Origin: Amoebophrya sp. A120
Taxonomy: Eukaryota > Protista > Dinoflagellata
Length of the DNA stretch: 64,000 nt
Assembly: GCA_905178155.1 (NCBI GenBank)
Contig: CAJINV010000002.1
Location: 4,955,709-5,019,708 of the forward strand
Reading direction: 5' to 3'
Both the position numbers and the translations under genes were made by a program. Numbering within the stretch: position 1 is the first letter of the stretch; each line of letters opens with the position of its first letter. The notes under the pieces were generated by a model. The model saw nothing but the letters and a program-made list of their open reading frames with translations, was not told the DNA's origin and did no database searches. Shown in pieces: positions 1 through 10,858 of this stretch.

Positions 1-3000
1 AATGAAAACAAATCCGTCCTCGTCTGGAGCACCAGCTTGTCTTGTTTCATCTCTCACTCGACCCGTGTTTGTCGCGACATGATCAACATCCGAGGGCCTG
101 CTTGAAGATGATGTCGCCAGGAACGACGAGGAGGGGCTCTGCTTGGGCCCGCCAACACCCGCCAAAACCGCACCGTTTCCCGTGGCGTTCAAATGCACGG
201 TGGGGTCCACCTCGGCGGTTCTGTCTTGCAACAGGTCCGACAGCCACTTTTCTTTCGCGGTTTCAGGAATGGTGGGGTTCGTGATCGGTTTCCCGACGCC
301 GATTTCCAGTGCTGGATTTGGATTTTCATCCGGTGCTGCAGTCGGCTGCCGCTCGTGGTCCCTCGCCGCCTGCAAATTTTCCCAGTGCGCTTGTCTCGCT
401 GTTTCCAACGCCTTCTGCTGCGCTTTTTCTTTCGCGAGCTGCCGTGCGCGGAGCTGCGATTGCTCCTCCGCGACACCATTCTGTTCCGCTGCGTCCTGTT
501 CTCTCTGCTGCCGCTGTTGCTGCTGCAGCAGGATGTGCTGCTTCAGTTTTTCCTGCATCAGCTGCTGCCTCTCAAGCTGGAGTTGCTGCATTTTTTCCTT
601 GTCTGCGTGGTTCATCTGCATGACAAAGGGATCATCCACAAGCGAGGACTGCTGTAGCCCCGATTCTCGTTGTTGCTCGTGGTTAGAAGTGGCAGAGAGT
701 CCAAGGAATTGTTTTGCTCCTTCTGGAGGCGTTACATACGACGAAAAAGATGTCGCGCTGCCTCGGAGCAGCGAAGAGGGATCTTCATCCCCCAAGGCCA
801 ATAGCTCGCTCTTGTTTTCTTCCGCATCAGCTGCAGCTGTGGTGGCTCGGGCCTGCTGTAGCTGCTGGAGTTGCTGCGCGGCTTGTAACTTTTCCCCTTG
901 CCGCAGCGGGTGCTGCAGCTTTTGCTGTCGCAGCATCTTTTTCAGGTAAGTCGTGCTGTAGCCCGGGTACTGTTCGTGGAGCGCTTGCAGCTGCTGCTGT
1001 TGCTGCGTCGACTGCGCCTCCTGCTGGGCCGCTTCTTGTCGCTCCTGTGCACCGCTTATCACTTTTTCATCTCCGCCACCGAATCGCTGATCTTTCGGAA
1101 CGGCCCCTTCCGGCAAAAGTTCCGTGTCGGCCAAGGGCGGGGTTTGGGGGAAGTCTTCTCGTTCTTCCGCCTGACTGTCATCATGATGCCCCAGCAAAGG
1201 CGTAGTTTGCGCCGGGTCTACTGTGTGTGCTCGTTCGAACGGCGTCACGTGCCGTTCCGCGGCTTGCTGCGCAATCGCGTCTCTCGCGCGTCCTTGCTCC
1301 GCGAGTGCAGCCTGCGCGATGGCTGCCCGCAACGGGTAAGAGCCCTCTCCACCTGGAGCTGGAATCTGCATAGTCTTCTCGTCCGCTGCAGTCGCTGCTT
1401 GGGAGCTGACGCCATGATGCTGCGTAGGGTCGCTGTGGCTCGGGCTCGCGTTCGTGGCGTCGTTGAGCGGGTCGGCGCCGGGCCTGGGGTGCAGTTGCGC
1501 GGCAGCCGGGAGGCCGAAGATTTTTTGCGGGTGGGCTTGTTGGTATTCTTGCAGCTCATCTACTTCCGCTGCAGGCACAGTTCGTTGACCTACTCCGGCC
1601 GCCGCAGCGTCTGCACGTCCACTCGCGTTCTCGTCCACTGCCGTTTGAATCTGTTGCAGAATTGCGTCCGCCTCCTTCTGCGCAGCTCTCTCCGCTTCCG
1701 CCCGCTCCGCCTCTTCCTGCTCCTGCTGGCGCTTCCACTCTGCTTCTGCCTCTTGCCTTTCTTGTTCCCGCTGCGCTCCTTCCTCCTTCAACTTTTGTAG
1801 CTTTTCTTGCTCCAGTCGATTCTCCTCCCCTACCTTCTTCCCGTTCTGCGCGGCCACCAAAGCCTCCCGCTTTCCCGCGGCGGAATTGCGCAGCCGCGCT
1901 TTGTCTTCTTCCTCTCGTTGGTGGGCGTCCTGCTTTTCCTTCGCGCGGACCCGCTCCTGCGCCTGCCCCGCTTTCCGCTTCTGGTGCAACTTACTCCCCA
2001 AGTAAAGCGCCCCGCTCCCGAGCGCAGTTTGAATCGCGTGATTCCGCATATCCACGTTGTACTGGTCCACGTCGTGCTTGTGAATCTTCTCCGCCTGCTC
2101 CTGCACCACTTTCCAGTCATGCATGTCCATTATACCATCCTTGCCTGCAAATTTTTTGAACTCCTTATCCTGTGTAAAAACGTCCCCAGCCCAGGGTTGT
2201 CATTTTCAAAGGCCAAGGGCAGGGCGTCCCCAAGAAAATTCTTGTTGTCATGCAATAAAGGGTGCCCACCCCAGAGTTGTCATACAAATTAATTTGCATG
2301 CTTCTCATGTTTCTCATGCGGAGCCACATGAGAAGCCTTTTCTTGTCGTGTTGTGGAATTTGTGAAACTGAAACCGACCGAAACCACAAACGCGCCTTGC
2401 ATGCGATGCTCAAATCAAAACGATATGCTAGATGTGCCAATGCAATGTTGCTGCACTAGCTAAACAGGATTAAATTACGAGGCCACGCTTGTCATGCGCA
2501 ATACCCAAAGCTGATTGATTTGTCTAGCAGCTTTCCCATCTTGATTCTGGGGTGGGGACGTTTTTCCTCAGGATACTCGTCTTCTTGGATGTCATCATCG
2601 TTGTCCGTGTCGAGCACCTATGCATTGCAAATATGTCTGGGTCGGGAAAGTTATGTATGCTGGAAGTGAATGATATGCGCACTGCAATACGCAGCCAAAG
2701 AACATGACAAAGTTTTGGGCTGCCGTGTCTTCCGTATCCCGCTCCCGCATGACAAACTGCGTTTTTGCGTGACACGTAAGCGGGCCTCTTCGTCCACACG
2801 CATCACGAAGTTTCGCGTCATGTCAGATATGCGCGAGGACAAATCTAGCAATCTTCCAGACCCAAACATATTTGCAGTTGATAGCACCCGCCACAGGTCG
2901 GAACCGACTTCCGGCCGGAGCCAGCCAAAGTTACGAAACTTTTCATAGCTGACGGTGCGAGCGTCCGCTGCTCTCAGATCCTGCGCGCTCACATGCTCCG

Positions 3001-5814
3001 CGATGTGGTCTGAATCTTTTTCGTTGACAATCCCATCATTGTTTATCCTGTGTAAAAACGTCCCCACCCCATAGTCATGATGGGGGCTTTTTACTACGCA
3101 AATCCGCAAGAATTGGGCGTTGCGCATGACACAATTCTGCTCGCAGTATCGTCGTGTTTAGCCTGCGCAGTCGCATCACAAATTGATCGCATTAATCTGA
3201 TTCCAGCATGACAAACTCTCAGATAGCATGAAAAAAGTAGAACGTCTGAGGTTTGTTGATTTGCGTGACAACTTTGGGGTGGGGACGTTTTTACTTGGGA
3301 TAATGTTTGTATCCAAGTTATCTTGGACCCGACTCGCCTTCTCCAGTTCTTTCGTGTCCAGCATGTGGTCGTGGTCTTTGTCAGCAAGCGCGAGTTCGTT
3401 GTCATCCACCTTCCCATTCCCGTCCATGTCCAGCTGGTCCGTCAATGGGGATGTGCTAGGGCCTTGCGCCAGTGCCTTGTGGATGTCGTCCATTGACTGT
3501 TCGTGGTTCAGAGCATCCAGGATCTTCTCGTTCTTCATGGCAACCACGTCCGTTTTGTCAAATTCCCCGTCGTTATTGGTGTCGAGCTTGGCCATCATGT
3601 CGTCGCTGTCTGTGAGCCCCAGTGCTTTCAATTGGCTGGGCATCAGCGCGGCCTTCCGCAGCTCGTCTTTGTCGACTTTGTCATTGTGGTCCTTGTCCAA
3701 AGCCTCAATCGCATCGATGGCGTCTTCCCGGTTTTGGTGATGCTGCGCTAGCCTTTCAATCTCCTTCAGAAACTCATTCCGCTCATCGGGATCCGTCGGA
3801 ACTTGATCGCGCGCGTCGAATGTTTTGTCGTGGTTGGTGTCCAGGATTCCCGTGATGAAATGTTGGTCGTCTTGGGCGTCTCTGCTTAAAATCCTCTCCT
3901 GCTTGTCCTCGTCGAACGAACTGAACCGCTGCACCGTTTATCAAATGCAAATATGTCTGGGTCTGGAAATTTGCGATGCTGGGCGGCGTATCATGAGGAG
4001 GCCACAAATGCTGGCCCAGCATGACAAGTTTTTGAGCTTCTAGGTGTTGCCTATTCTGCATGACACACTGCGTTTCTGCATGACAGAAAAATGGGGCTCT
4101 TGGGTAAAATGCATGACAGATTTAAGAGTCATGCCAGACAGGCATGACAAACATACACTCTTCCAGACCCAGACCACGTATTTGCACTTGATACCGCTTC
4201 GAACCGGTTCTCCATGATCCTCTGCTGGTGCAAGAACTCATCTTCATCGACCCTGCCGTCGTGGTTAGTGTCCACAGCGTCAAAGTCAGCTTTGCTAACT
4301 GCCCCGTCACCGTTCGTGTCAAAGATCGAAATTGGGTAGTCGCCATCGGCATCCCACTTGACTCCCTCCACTCCTTCCTCTTCCTGCTGCGCAGAAAGAA
4401 AGGAATCGTAGAAAGTGTCCCAGGCTGAGTGCAACCCATCGGGGTCCAGCGGATCTTCCTTCTGCCAACCCGGATCCATGGCCCCCAAAAAATGGTTTTC
4501 GGCCATCTCCTTCCCCTCTTCGGTCTGGTCTGTCGGCTCGAACGGCAGCTGCGGGTCCCAGTGTGAGAGCACTTCCGGCACGTGGATGTGTTCAAACGGA
4601 TTTCGAATAAAACGTTTGTTCCTCTCGACGCTCGTCTTCTGCACTAGAGACGAGCTTCTACTTCTTCTATCAGACGAGTTTGGAGGCTGCGCCCGTGTTG
4701 AAGATGTGACAACTGGTTGTACAGGAGCGCCGTTGCTTGATGTTGTACTCGGGGCGGCGCCGTGGTCCTCCTCGTGGTTTTCTATTTTTTCTTCTTTTCT
4801 TGCATTATTATCACTGCCTCCCACGTCGATGTGGCGGTCCGTGTCAAAATCCTCTTCCTCTTTTCCCACCACTACCGCGAAGCAGAGTTTGGACAAAAAG
4901 GTGTTGGAGAGGACAAGAAGCACGAGAAGAGCCCCCGTAAACGTGCAACCGCTAGTACCTGAAGCGGGTTTTGGTGTCGCAGTCGTGCTCGAGCTGCTTT
5001 GCTTTCCCACAGAAGGCCTGCCCTGGAACGAAGTCAAAGTTGCACAGCTTAGTTGGTGCTGCTCGACATCAGAAGATGTCCCTTTCTTCCTTCTCCTTGT
5101 TCTGCAAATGAACAAGTCCTTCTTCAACTGCTGCTCTGCTACCTCCCCGGTCGATGAAGTCCCGGCGGCCCGCGGCTTCGTAGTTTTCCGCGTTACAGAA
5201 GCTGTAATATCCCGGAGAGGGTCCTCAGCGCAAAACGGAAACCGTGGTGGTGTGGCCGACGTGTTCTTGTACTTTTCCATGCTTAGCAGTTTTATGCGAC
5301 GGGAGCAAGAATAAACTAAGACTGGTCGTTCTTGTGGTCTCGACGTGCAGCACGAGAGACGAGTATGCCGCGTGGTGTAGCCATTACCGCGCAGCGTGGT
5401 CATGGAGTAGTTCTTCTTTTTCCTCATGTAGCAGTTTCCACACGCGGAGGACTGCTGGGACAGGGACGACATCAAAGAGTTTGACTTGTCTTGACCTTCC
5501 GTCGAGTTGATGTAATTGCAGATCATGCGGCTTCTACAACAAGATGAAGAACTTCTCCCAAGGACAACTGGAATGGCCCCTCGTCGTGGCTCCTGCAGGT
5601 TCTTGCTCAAAGATGAACCATCGTGTTTTACTTGTGTCACTGCTGAAAATGACGTGGCGCAGCTGCAGCTCGACGAGGAGGGCGCACTGGATGAAGAAAA
5701 AGAGGCCTTGACATTATTTGGCCAGCAGATCATGGTCGGTGACATGCTCCTGGGACCACAGAGTGCCACTTCGTCGTCACGGTCTACCCAACTGCGGGGT
5801 CTAAGCTCCACCAT
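1..5814 (-). CDS. Large multi-EF-hand Ca2+-binding protein with a hydrophobic signal/TM segment and C-terminal coiled coil; 4 introners; runs off the left edge
   Basis: ORFs 4129-5862, 3176-3934 and 2651-3127 plus an open frame from 2165 to 1 join in frame once the elements are removed. About 9 EF-hand loops (DTNGDGAVSKAD, DTNHDGRVDEDE, DMDGNGKVDDNE, rebuilt DTNNDGIVNEKD, DTDNDDDIQEDE). Start ATG 5814 is uncertain. Confidence 0.75.
2166..2575. mobile_element. TIR introner, family B
   Basis: TATCCTGTGTAAAAACGTCCCC...GGGGACGTTTTTCCTCAGGATA; 5-bp duplication ctcct/ctcgt; removal gives ...QEDE-FKKF. Confidence 0.9.
2619..2883. mobile_element. TIR introner, family A
   Basis: TATGCATTGCAAATATGTCTGGGTC...GACCCAAACATATTTGCAGTTGATA; TSD gcacc/gcacc; GT-AG reading is possible for this one. 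Confidence 0.9.
3044..3302. mobile_element. TIR introner, family B
   Basis: Family B TIRs; TSD ttgtt/atgtt; removal rebuilds the EF-hand loop DTNNDGIVNEKD. Confidence 0.9.
3939..4193. mobile_element. TIR introner, family A
   Basis: TATCAAATGCAAATATGTCTGGGTCTGGAA...TTCCAGACCCAGACCACGTATTTGCACTTGATA; TSD ccgtt/ccgct; joins FEAV-QRF. Confidence 0.9.
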
Positions 5815-5949
5815 TTTTTCTTGTACACTGAGATGTACGCTGAGATGAATCGTCGATTTCAATCTTGATTGAGATTGACATGCTCACACTTGTCCTTAAT
5901 AAAATTCGGATGTCATGGGAAGAAGTCGAAGTGAACGTGAGACTTGAAT

Positions 5950-5974
5950 CTTCAGCCAGTAAAATGGCTACGGT
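5950..5974 (-). other. Degenerate dinoflagellate spliced-leader (DinoSL) relic
   Basis: Minus strand ACCGTAGCCATTTTACTGGCTGAAG versus DinoSL DCCGTAGCCATTTTGGCTCAAG; about 140 bp upstream of the EF-hand gene start. Confidence 0.7.
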
Positions 5975-7125
5975 CACATACATAGTGCAAGTTTTCGCGT
6001 CACATACTCGTACAACGCCGGACTCGCTTCGGCCAAACAACACCTCCTGTTCGAAAGAGTTATCACTCACTGCTCACGAACGACGGTACGAGCCCGAGAC
6101 CTCCTCAAAAATCCCTAAGTGACTCCCAGAAAAGTCTGACCACGTGTTTGCTTTGTTGGCACAACGAGAAAAAGAAGAACGCCATTCAAGTCACAATTCT
6201 TCAGAAGACAGCACGGCGGGTCTGCGGCTGCAACGCCGAGAATGGATGTTGCTTGACTTCTTCGTAGAAAAAGACTTTGTCAAAGATGTACATTTTTGAA
6301 ATATTTTCTCCTGATCAGGACCTCGCGACTTCACCTTCAAGATGGTAGACTACCACCGTGAATCCAACTCTGCCACAATTAATCTCCCTGAAGATGATCT
6401 TGCAAGAGAAACTATTCTTCTTGTAGCAACGCCGCACTGTATTCTTCAAAAAAGCATTCTTTCTATATTGGCGATGTTGCCACGACAAAGACAAAGAAAC
6501 AACGTTAAAACTATGTGTCTGCCTACTGCTGGCGCTGCTCCTGCTGCAGCACAGAAACAATAAGTAAATAATCAAACGCTGGTGCTGCACGGCCTCATGG
6601 AAGCAAAAAAGTTCGGGTTGCGAGAAAGAAGCGCACGGTAGCCAGTTGCGAGGTGCTGGAAAACGACCAACTCACTACTTTGTAGCTTTCAAGTAACTAA
6701 TCCTCTTCCGGCACCGGGCGCGCCGTACTTGTACTCGTCACACCAACGAAGACATCGCCGCTGCTACTCCCCCCCGTTGTAGTTCCAATCGGCCGCAGCA
6801 CTGGCCTCGTTGGCAGTGTCAAACCCTTCGGCGAGGCAGACGTCCCTATCAAGATGAAACATGTCCCCCCTCCCCGTATCCCAAACAAAATTTCCGACGC
6901 TGGAGGATCGATTTGCGTACACAGATACGGTCTGTCTTGCGGTAAGGAACTGTAGTCACATCATAATTCTCAGCCTGTTTAACAACGTACAGGTCAAATA
7001 AACACCTGCCCTATAAGCTTCCCAACGGCATGGCAAACGCCTCCGCAATGCGGGGCGCACCTCCGTACTGGACTTCTTGCAAGAATGTGATGACAAATCT
7101 GCATCACACATTTTCCTTTTGGGTA

Positions 7126-9130
7126 CTATGAGGTGGGACGTGGATTTTTCCTCACGATAGGCCCGGCTCCACCGCCACTGGTATCATTCACCGCAGAGGA
7201 GGAGGACGGGGTCGCCGGCAGCTGCCCAAACAGCGGCGGCGGTAGTGGGACAGAGGGTACAACTGCTTGTCGGCTTATTGCAGCTGTCGTGGGGAGCGGA
7301 CTGCTACTGTTAATCAACGTTGTGCTAGTTGTTGAAGGTCTCGACGGCGCTCCTCCGGTAAGTGATCCAGCACCTGCTGGTGCGCTATTGCTACTGCTAT
7401 AATTGTTCTCTCCCGATGATGTACCGGAGTTTTGCCTGCTGCTCGCACGCTGGGCCATTTCGTTTTCGACACAGTTTTTATTTGGCGTGTCATTTTCTGT
7501 ATTGTTTGCATTCTGCTCCCCAGGTGTACTCACCACGTTCAAGTCGCTTCTGCAAATTGGGCACGAACTCGCACGTTGGAACCACTCCGCGCAGCAGTCC
7601 TTGTGAAAAACGTGCTGGCACCGGGGGAGCTTGCAGAGCGTCACCGGTATCAAATGGAAAAAGCCCCCCACCCCATATCGAAAACGAAATTTGTGACGCT
7701 GTATTTGAGTACACAAATCGACTTGTAATGCTAGAAGGCGAAGAGCCGCAGTTGTGGCCTCGTTTGCAGGCAATTTGTCATGCTGTTTCCCACTTCCAGT
7801 TGCTTCCTGTCATGCTGAAGATGCAAGGCTTCCCCACGCCACCCAGCACTACAGTCCGCATCTTTTCCCTTCTAGCATGACAAAGCTGATCTGTGACTGC
7901 AAATCTGCATCACTGATTTCCGTTTTGATATGGGGAGGGGGCTTTTTTCACTTTGATAACCGGCTCCCCGTCTTCGAAGAGCTCGCCGCAACAGATCGCG
8001 CATGTGTGCCCGTCGTCGAGGGAATCCTGCGGATTTAATATTTAGATCACATTCATCATCATCATCATCATCATATTCAGACCTCATACTTGCTTCAAAA
8101 TCATTACGTCTAGCACTCAAGACAAAAAGGCTCTGTCGTCCTAGTTCTAGAAGTACATATTTATACCCATGAAGATGCGAAAAGGTATACAAAATATGCT
8201 CGACAGCACGACAACATCAACAAATACCGTAGCCGCGCTCCCCTTCAAGAACGCATCGCACTCTGCCTGCGTTGACACTAGCCTAGTTTCGATACTGTCC
8301 CACTGCGTTGCTTTCAAAGGATCGATGTTTGAGGGTGTGCCGCTATTGTTGCCGTACGCGGTTGTGGCAACAACATCTTCCTCCTCCAACAAATCCCGCA
8401 TGGCCGTGCGCATCGACTCGGCGGCGCGCAGGTGGTTTTGTAGTTCCCGGAGCAAAACCTCGATTCGCATCTCGCCCACCTGGATCCGCGGATGGCCGCG
8501 CCTGATAGTTGATAGTTGTCGTGTGGTTTCGGTTTGCGCATGATGTTGCGGACAAAAATTGTGTATTGTTTTCTACTGCGCATGACCAGCTTCAATTTGT
8601 ACTTGCCACTACTTAAAAATGCAAGCTTGTAGTAGTCCTCCCTTGATCAAAAAGCTCAAAATTTTTGAAGATCGTAACCGACTTCTACTATAGGTACTTA
8701 CTCACCTTCCCCCCAGGCTGTTCCCTCCCTCTTCCTCCTCGTCCCCCGCCGCTGCGTTAGTACTATTTCCTGCCGCCTGTCCGCGCTGCATTTGCGCCAG
8801 ATGGTGGACCGCCTGGAGGGCGTTGAGTAGTGGCATCGGTGGGGTTTCCTGCAACAACATGGTTCCCTCCTCCACGAACCCACCGCCGCAGCTGTTGCAC
8901 AGTCCCTGCTCATTCAGATTTACCGCCTGGTTGCACTCGTGACACCAGTGCGTCCCCCGCTGGCGGTTTGGACTCGGCGGGCCCCCGCCGAACCGGACGA
9001 CCTGCTGCAGCGCGTGGTGCGCCGCTGCTCGGTGCTGGTTGCTACCACGACGCGAGCGGCGGGAACTGGGGGAGGTCGGGACCGCCCGATTTTGGTCTTC
9101 CTCCCGATTGTTCGAGAGGCCGCCCCCCAT
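7126..9130 (-). CDS. RING-H2 E3 ubiquitin ligase with N-terminal zinc ribbon (RNF115/RNF126-like architecture)
   Basis: HWCHEC...CNSCGGGFVEE zinc ribbon. RING CAIC...CQHVFHKDC..W...SCPICR is rebuilt across introner 7648-7958. GT-AG introns at 8705-8502 and 8227-8027. Confidence 0.88.
7648..7958. mobile_element. TIR introner, family C
   Basis: TATCAAATGGAAAAAGCCCCCCACCCCATATC...GATATGGGGAGGGGGCTTTTTTCACTTTGATA; TSD accgg/accgg; splits the RING domain. Confidence 0.92.
8052..8074. repeat. (TCA)n microsatellite in a canonical intron
   Basis: ttcatcatcatcatcatcatcat. Confidence 0.8.
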
Positions 9131-10858
9131 GGTGCGAGGCGAATAGATTTAATATCAGGGGGTTTTATTTAAGCTCTGTGGTCGGGAGGACCATCCACGG
9201 GGATTAGTTTTAGATAGTAGTCAAGTTTGTATGCCGGAGAAGTAAAAAAGTATTTCCAAATCAGCCGTCATGTAAAAAATCGCGGGAGATGAAAGAGGGG
9301 TAGAGAGTATTCATTGATCGAACAAGTATCAAAATTGAAAATTATAGGCTTCTAGGGTAGGCTTTTAATAATTGCCAATTCAGAACCCCAAAATCACCAA
9401 CTTGCATCAGAGTTGTTGAATTTAGGCTCCGAGTTTCGGTATTTTTGAGTGGAACATGAACAAGAGGGCCAAGACTGACAATTGATACAGCTGCTAAATG
9501 CGTCTCTTGAACTCAAACGGCAAAAAAACCCTTCGCAAATTGTTGAAGTAGTGCGATGGGAAGTATACTGAAGATGTAGTTGTAGATGACGTGCTCGTAG
9601 CTCATAAACAACCGCCTGGTAGTGGTAGTCGTGGTTGCGCCGGATATTACTACGAATCACTTGATTCTACTTCTAAATAACTACTAGCTGTCAATGTCTA
9701 GGAGGCTGGTATATATAATTCGAGGGGTTACCCCGGGCGAAAAACGCTGAACAAGCTTGGTCTGTACACTAGAGGCACTGTCAGTGTTTGGAGAAAAATT
9801 TGGAGAATATTATACTTTTTCATGCAACCAAGCTACACGATCTACGTCCGTGGTGTGAAAGAAAACGAAAAAAACCGAAAGCACCTTTTTGCATCTCTCG
9901 TCTACTGCTCGCGCAAGACCAATTCAACACAGGGTTCGATTCTTCGCTTTGATACTAACTCTCTGCTTCCGACACGAGCTTAGCTTCGCTGCCTCGAGAG
10001 CTACCGAAAAAAAGTTTGCAATACGAAACCGAAGTCGTTGAATTATGCTTATGGTGGCGCAATTTCTTTTTCTATACTTGTACTTAGATACAAACCGCTG
10101 CGTTCGCGACTCAAATACAAAGCCGTACGTAGAAGTGCCGTCAAAACACAATAGCAAAGATTTTGGGCAGTCCAAGTTTGCATTTGGAGGAGCACCTAGT
10201 GCTTATGGAAAAAAAATGGTGCTGCTGCGCTCTTGACTGTAGTAGTAGTTGGCGACGTCGTTTTTGAGTATCGCAAGAGGTTCATAATTTGCATTTTCTA
10301 CAGTGTTTACTGCTGTCTTTTTCTTTATACAAGAAACGTGATACACGAAGCACACCGGCGTGAGACTTCTCCGACTAACGAATATTCATCATGTCAAACC
10401 TCACAAATTTGCAACACACACGCTCTCCATACGAGTTATCGTGATTAAAAAAGTGTGAAAGCATAGTCCCAAAAAGTCCGAAGCACGCGTAGAGGGCGTA
10501 CGCCACGATTTGGCACCACGTCTAGTGGCACGTACCAAACAACATACTTCGCTCATCAAGACGTCCTCGTCGCTTACGATAAACTATATTCCCATAGATG
10601 CTACAATATTTCTACGTTGATGATATTATTCCCGTTTACGTTTTCCCAGAGACAGAAAGAAAGAAATTATCTCGCAGAAGAACTAGTGTAAGATTGATCG
10701 ATAGTACTTGAAGCAAAAAAAAAAACGGATTTATTTCCTGAATGCCTGAGCCTCAGGATAGGGAAATGAAAATGAATTGCAAGAAGCAAAAATCGAAACC
10801 GTCGACACTGCAGCTACTCGGCCCGCCGTATAGTACAACCGGCTTGATGCATTTTGAC

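Noticed and set aside
143-1800. Long plus-strand ORFs (143-949, 898-1800, and similar ones elsewhere)
   Set aside because: They are antisense shadows of minus-strand Q/E/K-rich coding sequence, with Cys/Ser/Leu-rich composition and no motifs.
2166-2883. 2-bp TA or AT target duplication (Tc1/mariner-like) model
   Set aside because: The TA model creates a stop at element 2166 and the AT model creates TAG at element 2619. The 5-bp model fits all 27.
6697-7125. Motif-like gtgatgacaaatctgcatcacac and a short ORF after the RING stop, suggesting a further introner and exon
   Set aside because: No matching TIR pair, duplication or convincing in-frame join was found.
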